Below, one piece after another: positions 48,401 to 57,088 of a stretch of DNA of 64,000 nucleotides. Each line of letters starts with the position of its first letter. Within the stretch, counting starts at the first letter, position 1. The stretch covers positions 32,769 to 96,768 of the forward strand of contig DATADX010000029.1 in assembly GCA_036258315.1 (NCBI GenBank). Reading direction: 5' to 3'. Under the pieces are notes generated by a model. It did no database searches. It was not told the DNA's origin and saw nothing but the letters and a program-made list of their open reading frames with translations. This DNA comes from Solirubrobacterales bacterium (GTDB lineage: Bacteria; Actinomycetota; Thermoleophilia; Solirubrobacterales; 70-9). The translations under genes were made by a program, and so were the position numbers.

Positions 48401-49033
48401 CTACTTGCGCGGCGGGTTCGTCGCCGAGATCACGAGCTTGAAGCAATCCAGCGTGCCCGACGCACTCGCGGCGTCGTCGTCCTCGACCAGCAGCGACCAG
48501 GTCGCGTTCGTTGCCTTCTTGTTGCCGAGGCCGTTGAGCAGATCGAGGCTCTCGAACGGCGCGAAGCTGCCTGCGAACGGCGCCGTCAGGCCCGGCGTGT
48601 CGATCCGGGTCGGGGTGTCGCTGTCGAACAGGGTGAACTGACCGGCGCAGCCGGCGAAGCTGCCGCCGTAGTTGTTGCCGGCGCCGCCGACGTCGTGCGA
48701 GAGGCTGATCACCCCGCGCGGCGTGGCCAGGTAGAACTCGAGGTCCTTCGCCATCGGGTGGGTTGCCCGGACCCCGACGTTGACGTCCCTGATCCTGCCG
48801 CGCGGATTCAGCCCCTTGACCGCGACCGGCGAGCGGACCAGCTGGGTCGCCTGCCCGGCGCCGTCCGGAATCGTCACCGCCGTGCCGCCCGTCGGGCTGC
48901 CGACCCCGTTCAGATACGTCTTGGTGACGACCTTCTTCTTCGCCTGCGCGGGCGCAACGGCCACCGCGAGGGAGCCGGCGAGAGCGACGGCCATCAGCAG
49001 CCCGGCCACCCTGCGCAGCTTCGAATAACGCAT
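48401..49033 (-). CDS. Secreted stand-alone proprotein-convertase P-domain-like protein
   Basis: 210 aa with a signal peptide ending AQA. RIRDVNVGVRATHPMAKDLEFYLATPRGV resembles the P-domain core. The call is by pattern memory only. Confidence 0.55.
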   Translation of the reverse strand: MRYSKLRRVAGLLMAVALAGSLAVAVAPAQAKKKVVTKTYLNGVGSPTGGTAVTIPDGAGQATQLVRSPVAVKGLNPRGRIRDVNVGVRATHPMAKDLEFYLATPRGVISLSHDVGGAGNNYGGSFAGCAGQFTLFDSDTPTRIDTPGLTAPFAGSFAPFESLDLLNGLGNKKATNATWSLLVEDDDAASASGTLDCFKLVISATNPPRK

Positions 49034-49090
49034 CGAACCCTCCTTGTCTCGAGCGGGCGCGACTCCCCGGCGCGCACCGCCTTTGGCCTC

Positions 49091-50050
49091 CTAACCCGCC
49101 CCGGATGCGCGTGTTTCGCTCCCCCGCACCACTGCGGCGAGCGTCCGGGCCACCTGATCGGGCTCGAACCTGATCTGTTCGTGCGTGAATCGGAGCGTCG
49201 TCATGCCCGCCCGCGCGTGCGCCTGATCGCGCTCGCGGTCCCGCGCCTGCTGCGCCGGAGTCCGGTGGTAGCGCAAGCCGTCTGTTTCGACCACCAGGCC
49301 GAGGGCGGGCCAGTGGAAGTCGACCTTGAACCCGTTCAGGTATCTGCCCGTTTCGGGCATGGGCAGCCCGGCCCGCCGCACGAGCCGCAGGAATCTGCGC
49401 TCGAGCTCCGAGTCGGTGAGCCGGAATGTGCGGCGGTCGAGGACGGCGCGGAGGGCCGCCACCCCGCGCTGACCGCGGTACCCCTCCAGCGCGGCGGAGA
49501 GCGAGCCAGGATCGATCAGGTCCCGCTTGTCGGCCGCGTTCACGGCCGCCTCGATCTCCGCCGGCCGTAGCCGGACGCTGACGTCGATCAGAGTCCGCGC
49601 CGGCATCGTGACCGGAATGCCGTCGCTCAAGGTCCGTTCGACATCCGCCAGCGCGCGCCGATGGACGTGGACGCCGTCAAGGCGGGGTCGAACGCTCCGC
49701 GGCACCGAGACATCGATGGTCGCCTCGGCGGGCGCCCGCGTCCGCGTCGGGACGATGCCCCAGAGCGCCGCTGCACTCGCGTGGCTCAGGAGCGCCCCGG
49801 GCCCGCAAGCGAGCACGGCAGCCATCCACCCCCCGCGGCGGGTCAGCTCGGGCCTTCCAACGACGTAGACGGAGCGGCGTATCCGGTGCAGGCGCCCCTT
49901 CGCGACGCGATGCTTGATCGCCTGCGGGTGAAGGCCGAGCTCGAGCAGCTGCGCCCGGGAGACCACACCGTGCTGGCGCCGGGCGATCGCCCACACCGAC
50001 GCCGCCGAAACGGCGCGCCGAGGCGCCGAGTGGACGCGCGGGGATGCCAT
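49091..50050 (-). CDS. DUF559 / Vsr-like endonuclease-fold protein with AbiEi-like N-terminal HTH
   Basis: 319 aa. N-terminus HGVVSRAQLLELGL..IKHRVAKGRLHRI. C-terminus SELERRFLRL...VDFHWP...VVETDGLRYHRT. Confidence 0.68.
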   Translation of the reverse strand: MASPRVHSAPRRAVSAASVWAIARRQHGVVSRAQLLELGLHPQAIKHRVAKGRLHRIRRSVYVVGRPELTRRGGWMAAVLACGPGALLSHASAAALWGIVPTRTRAPAEATIDVSVPRSVRPRLDGVHVHRRALADVERTLSDGIPVTMPARTLIDVSVRLRPAEIEAAVNAADKRDLIDPGSLSAALEGYRGQRGVAALRAVLDRRTFRLTDSELERRFLRLVRRAGLPMPETGRYLNGFKVDFHWPALGLVVETDGLRYHRTPAQQARDRERDQAHARAGMTTLRFTHEQIRFEPDQVARTLAAVVRGSETRASGAG

Positions 50051-50086
50051 GGGCTACCCAAGCGTCCAGTGGCGAGGATTCACCCC

Positions 50087-51193
50087 TCAGACGGTGAAGC
50101 GCCCGTCGTGCTGCAGCGTTTTCCCGTCGACCTCGATCCGGCCGCCGCGGCGGAGGTCGCAGATCATGTCCCAGTGGATCGCCGACTCGTTGACGCCGCC
50201 CGTCTCGGGGTAGCTGCGGCCGACGGCGAGGTGGACGGTGCCGCCGATCTTCTCGTCGAGAAGGATCTCGCCGGTGCCCTCGGTGATTTCGTAGTTGGTT
50301 CCGATCCCGAGCTCGCCGAGGCGGCGCGCGCCCTCGTCGGTATCGAGCATCTGGATCAGGAAGTCCTCCCCCTTCTCGGCCGACGCGTCGACGACCCTGC
50401 CCGACTCGAAGCGGAACCGGACGCCTGACACGTCGCGGCCGGCGTAGGTCGCGGGCAGGTGATAGCTGATCTCGCCCTCGGCGGAGTCCTCGACCGGGCC
50501 AGTGAAGAACTCCCCGTCCGGCATGTTGTGCTTGCCGTCGGCGGCGATGAAGTGCCTGCCCTCGATCCCCAGCGTCAGGTCGGTGCCCTCGCCGCTGATC
50601 CGGACCTCCGAGCGCCCCTCGATCCAGTCCCGCAGCCGGGTGGTTTCGCCCGCCTGACGCCCCCAGGCGCCGACCGGGTCGTCTTCGGCGGCGAGGCAGG
50701 CGCCGAAGTAGAAGTCCTCGTAGTCGTCGAGGCTCATCGAGGCCTCGGATGCGTAAGCGTGCGTCGGGAACAGGGTCAGCGCCCAGCGGTACGACCCCTC
50801 CGCGCTGCGCTCCATCATCCGTTTCATCAGGTGCTGGCGGGCGGCCTGGACGCGGGTCTGGCGCTCGGGCGGCACCTTCGAGAGAGCGCGGGTGTTCTGG
50901 CTCGCCATCACCGCGATGCGGACGTCCGCGTTCTCGACGATCCACTCGGAGGTCGGCGAGACCCAGTCGAGCTGGCGGTCGCTGGCGTGCTCGAAGAAGG
51001 CTGACTGCTGCCCGTCGAGCGCCATCTGCATGATCGGGTTTCCGCCCGCCTTCAGGACCTCCTCGTAGACGGCCTGCAGGAGCGGCTCAGCGGCCGAGCC
51101 GCCCTCGATCGTGCAGACGTCGCCCTCCTTCACCCCTGTCGAGTGCTCGACCAGGATCCGGGCCAGATTCGTCACCCGCAGGTCCCTCATCAC
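50087..51193 (-). CDS. M29-family aminopeptidase (AmpS/PepS-like)
   Basis: 368 aa. N-terminus LARILVEHSTGVKEGD and C-terminus HLAVG...IHWDMI match the aminopeptidase T/S family. Confidence 0.85.
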   Translation of the reverse strand: MMRDLRVTNLARILVEHSTGVKEGDVCTIEGGSAAEPLLQAVYEEVLKAGGNPIMQMALDGQQSAFFEHASDRQLDWVSPTSEWIVENADVRIAVMASQNTRALSKVPPERQTRVQAARQHLMKRMMERSAEGSYRWALTLFPTHAYASEASMSLDDYEDFYFGACLAAEDDPVGAWGRQAGETTRLRDWIEGRSEVRISGEGTDLTLGIEGRHFIAADGKHNMPDGEFFTGPVEDSAEGEISYHLPATYAGRDVSGVRFRFESGRVVDASAEKGEDFLIQMLDTDEGARRLGELGIGTNYEITEGTGEILLDEKIGGTVHLAVGRSYPETGGVNESAIHWDMICDLRRGGRIEVDGKTLQHDGRFTV

Positions 51194-51888
51194 AGGTCTC
51201 CCAAGGAGCCCGGTTCTGTGGAACCGTCACCCCGCACCCCCGGACGCGCCGCGGAGGATGTGGCGGGATTGGTGCCGGAGGAGGTGGCGGGATTGGTGCC
51301 GGAGGAAGTGCGGGTTGATGGGGAAGCCGTCGTGCACATCGCCATGAACCTCGCATGGAGACGCTCGTCGTCGGTGAGCTCGGCGTGGAAGGCGACGGCG
51401 AGGATGTCCCCGTCGCGGACCGCCACCGGGTGGCCGTCGATCTCGGCGAGGATCTCGACGCCCTCGCCCGCCTCCTCGATCCAAGGGGCGCGGATGAACA
51501 CCGCGCGCAGCGGCTCGTCCCCGAGCCCCTCGATCCGCAGGTCCTGCTCGAAGCTGTGCAGCTGACGCCCGAACGCGTTGCGCCGGCAGGTGTAGTCGGC
51601 GAGAGCGAGGTGGTTGCGGTCGCAGACGATCATCCCGGCGCAGCTTCCCAGGATCGGCCTCCCCTTCGCGACGTGGTCCCTGACCGCCTGGTCGAGACCG
51701 TCGCGGGCCATCCCCTTGCTGATCGTGGTCGACTCGCCGCCGGGGATGACGAGGCCGTCGAGGTCCTCGAGCTGAGCCGGGGCTCGCACGTCCCGCACCT
51801 CCGCGCCGAGGGCCTCGAGCATCCGGCGGTGCGCGTCGAAGTCGCCCTGCACCGCCAGCACGCCGATCTGTAGCGGCTGCCTGCTCAA
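51190..51888 (-). CDS. pdxT: Pyridoxal 5'-phosphate synthase glutaminase subunit PdxT with Ser/Thr/Pro-rich C-terminal tail
   Basis: [20 protein letters not shown], and FHAELTDD motifs. TTG at 51888 forms a TTGA overlap with the pdxS stop. About 45 extra residues run to 51190, overlapping the aminopeptidase ATG. Confidence 0.82.
   Translation of the reverse strand: MSRQPLQIGVLAVQGDFDAHRRMLEALGAEVRDVRAPAQLEDLDGLVIPGGESTTISKGMARDGLDQAVRDHVAKGRPILGSCAGMIVCDRNHLALADYTCRRNAFGRQLHSFEQDLRIEGLGDEPLRAVFIRAPWIEEAGEGVEILAEIDGHPVAVRDGDILAVAFHAELTDDERLHARFMAMCTTASPSTRTSSGTNPATSSGTNPATSSAARPGVRGDGSTEPGSLGDL
51253..51324. repeat. 24-bp tandem repeat, about 2.5 copies, inside the pdxT tail
   Basis: GGAGGATGTGGCGGGATTGGTGCC, then GGAGGAGGTGGCGGGATTGGTGCC, then a degenerate third unit. 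It encodes SSGTNPAT twice on the minus strand. Confidence 0.9.
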
Positions 51889-52772
51889 GCGCCGCGGCCC
51901 TGCAGGAGACCGCCGTCGGCGGCCAGCGCCTCGATCTCGAGCCCGGGCATCGCATCGCCCAGCTCCATCGAGGCCTTGGCGACGCGCGCGGGGTCCTCGT
52001 AATGCGTCGTCGCCTCGACGATCGCGCGCGCGCGGCGCTCGGGATCCTCGCTCTTGAAGATCCCCGAGCCGACGAAGTTGCCCTCGGCGCCGAGCTGCAT
52101 CATCAGCGCGGCGTCGGCGGGGGTCGCGATCCCGCCCGCGCAGAAGAGCGGCACGGGCAGGCGCCCGCGCTCCGCGACGTCCTGGACGACCTGGAGCGGC
52201 GCTGACAGCTCCTTGGCCGCCGCCGCGAGCTGCTCGGGCCGCAGCGAGGCGAGCCGCTTGATCCCGTCGGTCACCTCGCGCATGTGGCGAACGGCCTCGA
52301 CGATGTTGCCGGTCCCGGCCTCGCCCTTGGAGCGGATCATCGCGGCGCCCTCGCCGATCCGCCGCAGCGCCTCGCCGAGGTTGGTCGCGCCGCAAACGAA
52401 CGGGGTGTCGAATGCGAGCTTGTCGATGTGGTTGGCCTCGTCGGCAGGGGTTAGCACCTCGGACTCGTCGATGAAGTCGACCTCGAGCGCTTCGAGCACC
52501 TGGGCCTCGGCGAAGTGGCCGATCCGCGTCTTGGCCATCACCGGGATCGAGACGGCCGCCTGAATCTCCCTGATCCTGGCCGGGTTGGACATCCGCGCGA
52601 CGCCGCCCTCGGCGCGGATGTCGGCCGGGACCCGCTCCAGCGCCATCACGGCCACCGCCCCCGCCTCGAAGGCGATCGTCGCCTGCTCGGCGTCGGTGAC
52701 GTCCATGATCACCCCGCCCTTCAGCATCTCGGCGAGGCCCGTCTTGACGCGGAATGTCGCTCGCTCGGCCAT
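51885..52772 (-). CDS. pdxS: Pyridoxal 5'-phosphate synthase lyase subunit PdxS
   Basis: 295 aa. [19 protein letters not shown] and the rest are highly characteristic of PdxS. Confidence 0.95.
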   Translation of the reverse strand: MAERATFRVKTGLAEMLKGGVIMDVTDAEQATIAFEAGAVAVMALERVPADIRAEGGVARMSNPARIREIQAAVSIPVMAKTRIGHFAEAQVLEALEVDFIDESEVLTPADEANHIDKLAFDTPFVCGATNLGEALRRIGEGAAMIRSKGEAGTGNIVEAVRHMREVTDGIKRLASLRPEQLAAAAKELSAPLQVVQDVAERGRLPVPLFCAGGIATPADAALMMQLGAEGNFVGSGIFKSEDPERRARAIVEATTHYEDPARVAKASMELGDAMPGLEIEALAADGGLLQGRGA

Positions 52773-52778
52773 CGAGCG

Positions 52779-52807
52779 CCAATAGTAGAAGCACGGCCGT
52801 CAATCAA
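52779..52807 (-). promoter_or_regulatory. Very tentative promoter abutting the pdxS ATG (possible leaderless or short-leader mRNA)
   Basis: The minus strand reads TTGATT-N17-TATTGG (or TACTAT) ending 6-9 nt before the ATG. No SD is visible upstream of pdxS. Confidence 0.2.
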
Positions 52808-52957
52808 TGGGCGTCGCGGCCGCTACGGATAAGAGTCCGTCTCCCTGTTTGCCTCGTTGAACAGCGGGGACGCTTAAGGGACAGCACATGGGGCCGATTC
52901 CCCCCGGCCCCGGCAGCAAGGTTCAGGTCCGGATCGCCCCCCGGGCCTGTTCCGGTT

Positions 52958-53070
52958 GGGCCATCAGGCGCAGCCCTACCCCTTCGGGTCCTGCCTTCGG
53001 ATCATTCGGGCGTCGGGCCATCAGGCGCACCCTACCTTTCGGGTCCTGCCTTCGGATCATTCGGGCGTCG
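52958..53070. repeat. Two tandem copies of a 56-57-bp unit in the rpiR-pdxS intergenic region
   Basis: GGGCCATCAGGCGCAGCCCTACCCCTTCGGGTCCTGCCTTCGGATCATTCGGGCGTC is followed immediately by a near-identical copy. The copies differ at about three positions, including a 1-nt indel. Confidence 0.9.
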
Positions 53071-53072
53071 GG

Positions 53073-53939
53073 CTACTTCAGCTTGAAGGCGCGGATCCGG
53101 TCCCGGTGCGCCGCCTCGTCGCGTGCGTAGACGCCGTGGGCGAGCGCCTGGACCAGGCCCATCAGCGCCGCGTTGGAGCGGATGTAGCTGGGGCCGTTCG
53201 ACGAGTAGTAGAGGACCAGCTCGGCGTGCTCGGCGACGTCCGAGAGGGTCGCGTCGGTGATCGCCAGCGTCCGGGCGCGGCGGTGGCGGGCGAGCTTCAG
53301 CGCTCGCAGGACGAGCGGATTGGCCCGTCCGGCGGTGAGCGCGACGAGCAGCGTGTCGTCGTCCATCCGCGAAAGCTTCTGGATGCTGTCCTGGTTCGGG
53401 GAGGAGACGATCTCGGCCCGGATGTCGAGCAGTCCGAGCAGGTGGCGGAGGTAGCTCGCGAAGAAGGCCATCTGGTCGGTGCCGACGATCAGCACCCGTC
53501 GCGAGGTCGCGATCGCGGAGACCGACGCCTCCACCTGTTCGCGGGTCAGGCTGCGCGCCGTCTCCTCGATGTTGGCGTAGTCCGCGCCCAGCGAGGCCTC
53601 GAACTCGGAGTGGTCGAAGTTGAACAGCGCCGCGGCGCCCGAGCCGTTGCCCTGGCCGGCGCCCTCGGCGACCTTGAGGCGGTATTCCTCGATCGCGGAC
53701 TGCTGGAGCTCGGGGTAGCCCTCGAAGCCGAGCGCTTGCGAGAACCGGACCACGGTCGAGGAGGAGGTGTTCGCCCTGCGCGCCAGCTCCTCGGCCGTCT
53801 GGAAGGCAGCCTCGTCGAGATGGTCGACGATGTAGCGGGCCACGTCCTTCTGCGAGCGCGAGAAGTCGTCGAAGCGCTCGGTGATGTAGTCGGAGAGGCT
53901 CTTGCGAGCCGCACGGGTCTTGGTCGCGGTCCGTGCCAC
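53073..53939 (-). CDS. RpiR-family transcriptional regulator (HTH plus SIS domain)
   Basis: LSRSQKDVARYIVDH...ELARRANTSSSTVVRFSQALGFEGY HTH, then SIS (RVLIVGTD). GTG at 53939 is chosen as the start, with ATG at 54038 as the alternative. Confidence 0.78.
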   Translation of the reverse strand: MARTATKTRAARKSLSDYITERFDDFSRSQKDVARYIVDHLDEAAFQTAEELARRANTSSSTVVRFSQALGFEGYPELQQSAIEEYRLKVAEGAGQGNGSGAAALFNFDHSEFEASLGADYANIEETARSLTREQVEASVSAIATSRRVLIVGTDQMAFFASYLRHLLGLLDIRAEIVSSPNQDSIQKLSRMDDDTLLVALTAGRANPLVLRALKLARHRRARTLAITDATLSDVAEHAELVLYYSSNGPSYIRSNAALMGLVQALAHGVYARDEAAHRDRIRAFKLK

Positions 53940-54036
53940 GGCGGCTGATTTCGCCCCCTGAGCGGGTTTCCCTTCAATGTGCTTGGATCGCGTCCCCGTG
54001 ACGGTCGAGCGAGAGCTGCAGAAGCTGAACCGGAAC

Positions 54037-54396
54037 ATGATCGCCTTCGACCTCGCCCTCGGGACGGGGGCGCTGCTCGCGCCGACGCAGACGCTGCGGG
54101 TACTCGGCCACGACGAGCCGAGCGACGACGCCGAGTGGCTGTTCCGCCGCTGCGGGCCGATCTGGCTCAGCTTCGCCGCCGCCCACCTGGTCGCCCGCCG
54201 GCGGGGCCGTCCGCGCGACTGGTGGGCGCTGTCCTGGCTGCGCGGGACCGAGCTCCTCACCGACGTCGTCTGGTCCCGCTCCCCCGCCTTCTCGCGCCCC
54301 GGGGCGCGCGCCGGGATGGTGCTGGCCGGCGTCGGCAACCTCGTGATGACGCTCGGCTTCGCCCACCTCGCGCGGAACGGCGGAACGAAGCGCTAG
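54037..54396 (+). CDS. Hypothetical small membrane protein
   Basis: 119 aa from an internal ATG with 3-4 hydrophobic segments. No recognised motif. Confidence 0.4.
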   Translation: MIAFDLALGTGALLAPTQTLRVLGHDEPSDDAEWLFRRCGPIWLSFAAAHLVARRRGRPRDWWALSWLRGTELLTDVVWSRSPAFSRPGARAGMVLAGVGNLVMTLGFAHLARNGGTKR

Positions 54397-54881
54397 CCGC
54401 TCGCCGCTTCCGCCGGCGGCGCGCTGCAGGCCTCGAAGCCGACCGTCTCGGCAAGCTTGCGGCGCTTGGCCGCCGCGCCGTTCAGCTCCTCGAGAGCAGC
54501 GGTGTAGGCGCCGGCGTCGTGGTCCGCGGCCGCATCGCGTCCCTGCTCGAGCTTGTCGATGGCGGCCGCCCGTGCCGCGAGGTAGCGCTCGTACGACGCG
54601 CGCAACTCGTCGGGGGGGCTCAACGCGCGCAGCCGGTCGAGGGTTCCGTTCTCGACGTCGAGCAGCTCTTCGGCCTCATCCCGGGCCTCGCTCGCGTTGG
54701 AGGGTGAGTCCGCGAGGGCCTCCGCGAACTGCTGTTGGCCTTCGCGGCAGATCTCGTCCCCCTCCGCGACGATGTCCTCGGCGCTAAGCTTCTCGGTCTC
54801 GCCGTCGCCGCCGCCACAGCCGCCCAGCACGGCGATCAGCGACGCGCACAGCAGCGCCGGGATCGTTCGCTCGCGGCCCAT
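54393..54881 (-). CDS. Hypothetical lipoprotein
   Basis: 162 aa. Signal peptide with lipobox VLGGC, then a helical Ala/Glu-rich body. This is the only credible part of the 510-aa track ORF. Confidence 0.55.
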   Translation of the reverse strand: MGRERTIPALLCASLIAVLGGCGGGDGETEKLSAEDIVAEGDEICREGQQQFAEALADSPSNASEARDEAEELLDVENGTLDRLRALSPPDELRASYERYLAARAAAIDKLEQGRDAAADHDAGAYTAALEELNGAAAKRRKLAETVGFEACSAPPAEAASG

Positions 54882-54908
54882 CGGGCAGCAGGCTAGCCTG
54901 AGATCGAG

Positions 54909-56072
54909 ATGAACAACCGTGCGTCGCCGCTGTCGCTGCGCGAGGCCCGGCCCCCGCTGGCCCTCGGTCTCGCCGCCGCCCTCGGCTCGGTCGCAGTGAT
55001 CACGGCGCTTATCTATCCGCTCCGCGAGGTCGCGCCGGCGGTCTCGACCGGCGTCCTCTACCTGCTCGCGGTGCTGGTCGTCTCGACCTACTGGGGACTG
55101 TGGCTCGGGCTGCTGACGGGCCTCGCGAGCGCGCTCGCGTTCAACTTCTTCCACATCCCCCCGACCGGCGAGCTCGGGATCGCGCACGGCGAGAACTGGA
55201 TCGCGCTCGGGACCTTCTTCGTAACGGCGCTGATCGCCGGGGCGCTGGGGGAGCTCGCGCGCGTGCGCGCAGCCGAGGCGGAGGAGAGCGGCCGCGAGGC
55301 GCGGGAGGCACTGCAGCGACTGCTCGCCGCCAACGCCGAGCGCGACGCGCTCGAGGCCGAGGCGATCGAGGCGCGGGTGCTGCGCAGGAGCGACGAGCTG
55401 AAGACGGCTCTGCTGCGGTCGGTCTCGCACGACCTGCGAACGCCGCTGACGGCGATCGTCGCCGCCGGCGAGGCGCTCGGCTCCCCCGCGCTCCGCGACG
55501 ACGACAGGACGGCGCTGGCCGAGGCGATCACACTCGAGGGCCGCCGGCTGACCCGTCTCGTCGAGAACCTGATCGACCTCTCGCGCCTCGAGGCTGGAGC
55601 CGCGGAGCCGCGTCGCGACTGGGTCTCGCTCGAGGAGCTCGCGCGCTCCGCCGCCGTCCAGGCCTGCGGCGCGGACGGCTTCCGGCTCTCGATCGACTCC
55701 GACGTGCCCCTGATCCGCGCCGATGCCGCTCAGATCGAGCGGGCGCTCTTCAACGTGATCGAGAACGCCCGCCTCCACAGCGGCGGTGAGCTGGTCACGA
55801 TCCGTGCCCGGCCCGTCCAGGACCGTCTCGTGGTCCGGATCGTCGATCGCGGTCCCGGCATCCCGGAGGACCAGCTCGAGCGGGTCTTCGACGCCTTCAA
55901 CCGAGGCGCGCAGCACGACGGCCATCCCGGCTCCGGCCTCGGGCTCGCGATCGCGCGCGGGTTCGTCGAGGCGAACGGCGGGAAGATCTGGGCCGAGGCG
56001 CTGCCGGGACAGGGTACGAGCGTCGTGATCGAGCTGCCGCTCGAGGAGGTCCCCGCCGAGGTGGTCCGGTGA
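54909..56072 (+). CDS. kdpD: KdpD-type sensor histidine kinase, membrane plus kinase half only
   Basis: 387 aa. Four-helix membrane module like the KdpD TM region, H-box SHDLRTPL, N-box NVIENA, G-box GSGLGLAI. It lacks the N-terminal KdpD/Usp sensor domains. Confidence 0.82.
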   Translation: MNNRASPLSLREARPPLALGLAAALGSVAVITALIYPLREVAPAVSTGVLYLLAVLVVSTYWGLWLGLLTGLASALAFNFFHIPPTGELGIAHGENWIALGTFFVTALIAGALGELARVRAAEAEESGREAREALQRLLAANAERDALEAEAIEARVLRRSDELKTALLRSVSHDLRTPLTAIVAAGEALGSPALRDDDRTALAEAITLEGRRLTRLVENLIDLSRLEAGAAEPRRDWVSLEELARSAAVQACGADGFRLSIDSDVPLIRADAAQIERALFNVIENARLHSGGELVTIRARPVQDRLVVRIVDRGPGIPEDQLERVFDAFNRGAQHDGHPGSGLGLAIARGFVEANGGKIWAEALPGQGTSVVIELPLEEVPAEVVR

Positions 56073-56761
56073 GCGTCGAGCCCCACCGCGCCCGTGTGCT
56101 CATCTGCGATGACGAGCCCCAGATCCTGCGCGCGCTCAAAGTCGTCCTCCGCGAGGCGAACTTCGAGGTCGATGCCACCGAGACGGCCGGGCAGGCGCTC
56201 GACCACGCCTCGGTCCGCCCGCCCGACGCCGCGATCATCGACCTCCTGCTGCCGGACGGGGACGGGATCGAGGTCTGCCGGTCGCTGCGGGAGTGGACCC
56301 GGATCCCGATCATCGTCCTCTCTGCGATCGGCGACGAAGACGAGAAGGTGCGCGCGCTCGAGGCGGGCGCCGACGACTACGTCGTGAAGCCGTTCGGGCC
56401 GCGCGAACTGGTGGCGCGGGTCGAGGCCGCCCTGCGCCGGGCCGAGCCCGAGGCCGAGGAGCCCCGCGTCAGCTCCGACGGGATCGTCGTCGACCTCGCG
56501 GCGCGGATCGTCAGCCGCGACGGCGAGGAGGTTCACCTTACCCCGATCGAGTTCGACCTCCTCCGCGTCCTGGTCCGCAACCGCGGCCGCCTGATGACCC
56601 ACCGCACCCTGCTCACCGAGGTGTGGGGACCGGGGTACGCGGACGACACCCAGGTCCTGCGCACGCACATCGCCAACCTGCGGCGCAAGATCGAGCCGCG
56701 CGAGTCCGGCCAGAGCCTGATCCGCACCGACCCCGGCGTCGGCTACCGGTTCGCCGGATAA
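56069..56761 (+). CDS. kdpE: OmpR-family response regulator KdpE
   Basis: 230 aa. Receiver domain (DD...D...K) and winged-helix C-terminus (LTPIEFDLL...GVGYRF). 4-nt overlap with the kinase gene. Confidence 0.88.
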   Translation: MSVEPHRARVLICDDEPQILRALKVVLREANFEVDATETAGQALDHASVRPPDAAIIDLLLPDGDGIEVCRSLREWTRIPIIVLSAIGDEDEKVRALEAGADDYVVKPFGPRELVARVEAALRRAEPEAEEPRVSSDGIVVDLAARIVSRDGEEVHLTPIEFDLLRVLVRNRGRLMTHRTLLTEVWGPGYADDTQVLRTHIANLRRKIEPRESGQSLIRTDPGVGYRFAG

Positions 56762-56921
56762 CCCGAGCGGAGCCTCAGCAGCCCCCACGCCGGCGTCGCA
56801 ACCCCGCATCCCCGCAGGGCGAAGCGCGAGGAGATGCAGGTGATGAGGCCTTCACGAAATCTTGATGCTGGACACCTGAAGCCCCACGAGGCCTTGACGG
56901 GGAGACGGCGATCCTCTCCGC

Positions 56922-57002
56922 ATGGACCTCGTCTCGATTGCGCTCGCGCTGGCCGCGTTCGTGGCCTTCTACGTCGCGATCACCGGGCTCGATCGCGTAT
57001 GA
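56922..57002 (+). CDS. Candidate 26-codon hydrophobic sORF overlapping the kdpF start
   Basis: ATG at 56922 gives MDLVSIALALAAFVAFYVAITGLDRV, then TGA. ATGA overlap with the kdpF ATG at 56999. No clear SD, so this is tentative. Confidence 0.35.
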   Translation: MDLVSIALALAAFVAFYVAITGLDRV

Positions 57003-57088
57003 GCGCTGTCGACGCGGTGATGCTGGCCGTCTCGATCCTGGTCCTCGCGTATCTCACCTACGCGCTGCTGCGCGGTGAGAACCTCTGA
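56999..57088 (+). CDS. kdpF: Potassium-transporting ATPase subunit F
   Basis: 29 aa. MSAVDAVMLAVSILVLAYLTYALLRGENL is a single TM with a YL.YALLR..E C-terminus typical of KdpF. TGATG junction with kdpA. Confidence 0.7.
   Translation: MSAVDAVMLAVSILVLAYLTYALLRGENL

Noticed and set aside
52958-53070. A CRISPR array or minisatellite.
   Set aside because: There are only two directly abutting copies with no spacers, and no cas genes are in the window. It is kept as a plain tandem repeat.
53977-54338. Longer forms of the divergent ORFs (plus ORF from 53977, minus RpiR ORF from 54338), and overlapping divergent ATGs at 54037/54038.
   Set aside because: The extensions translate into Arg/Ser/Pro-rich sequence with no similarity to the respective families and would overlap each other. 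Shorter forms with an intergenic promoter region are more plausible. The RpiR start remains uncertain.
56762-56921. A possible c-di-AMP (ydaO-type) riboswitch or other riboswitch in the kdp leader.
   Set aside because: An ACGGGGAG stretch is present. However, the interval is only about 160 nt and lacks the paired pseudo-symmetric conserved blocks I remember for ydaO (CCCGAAUCC, CAGCUAAC-like segments). With KdpD/KdpE encoded adjacently, a KdpE-dependent promoter is the simpler explanation.
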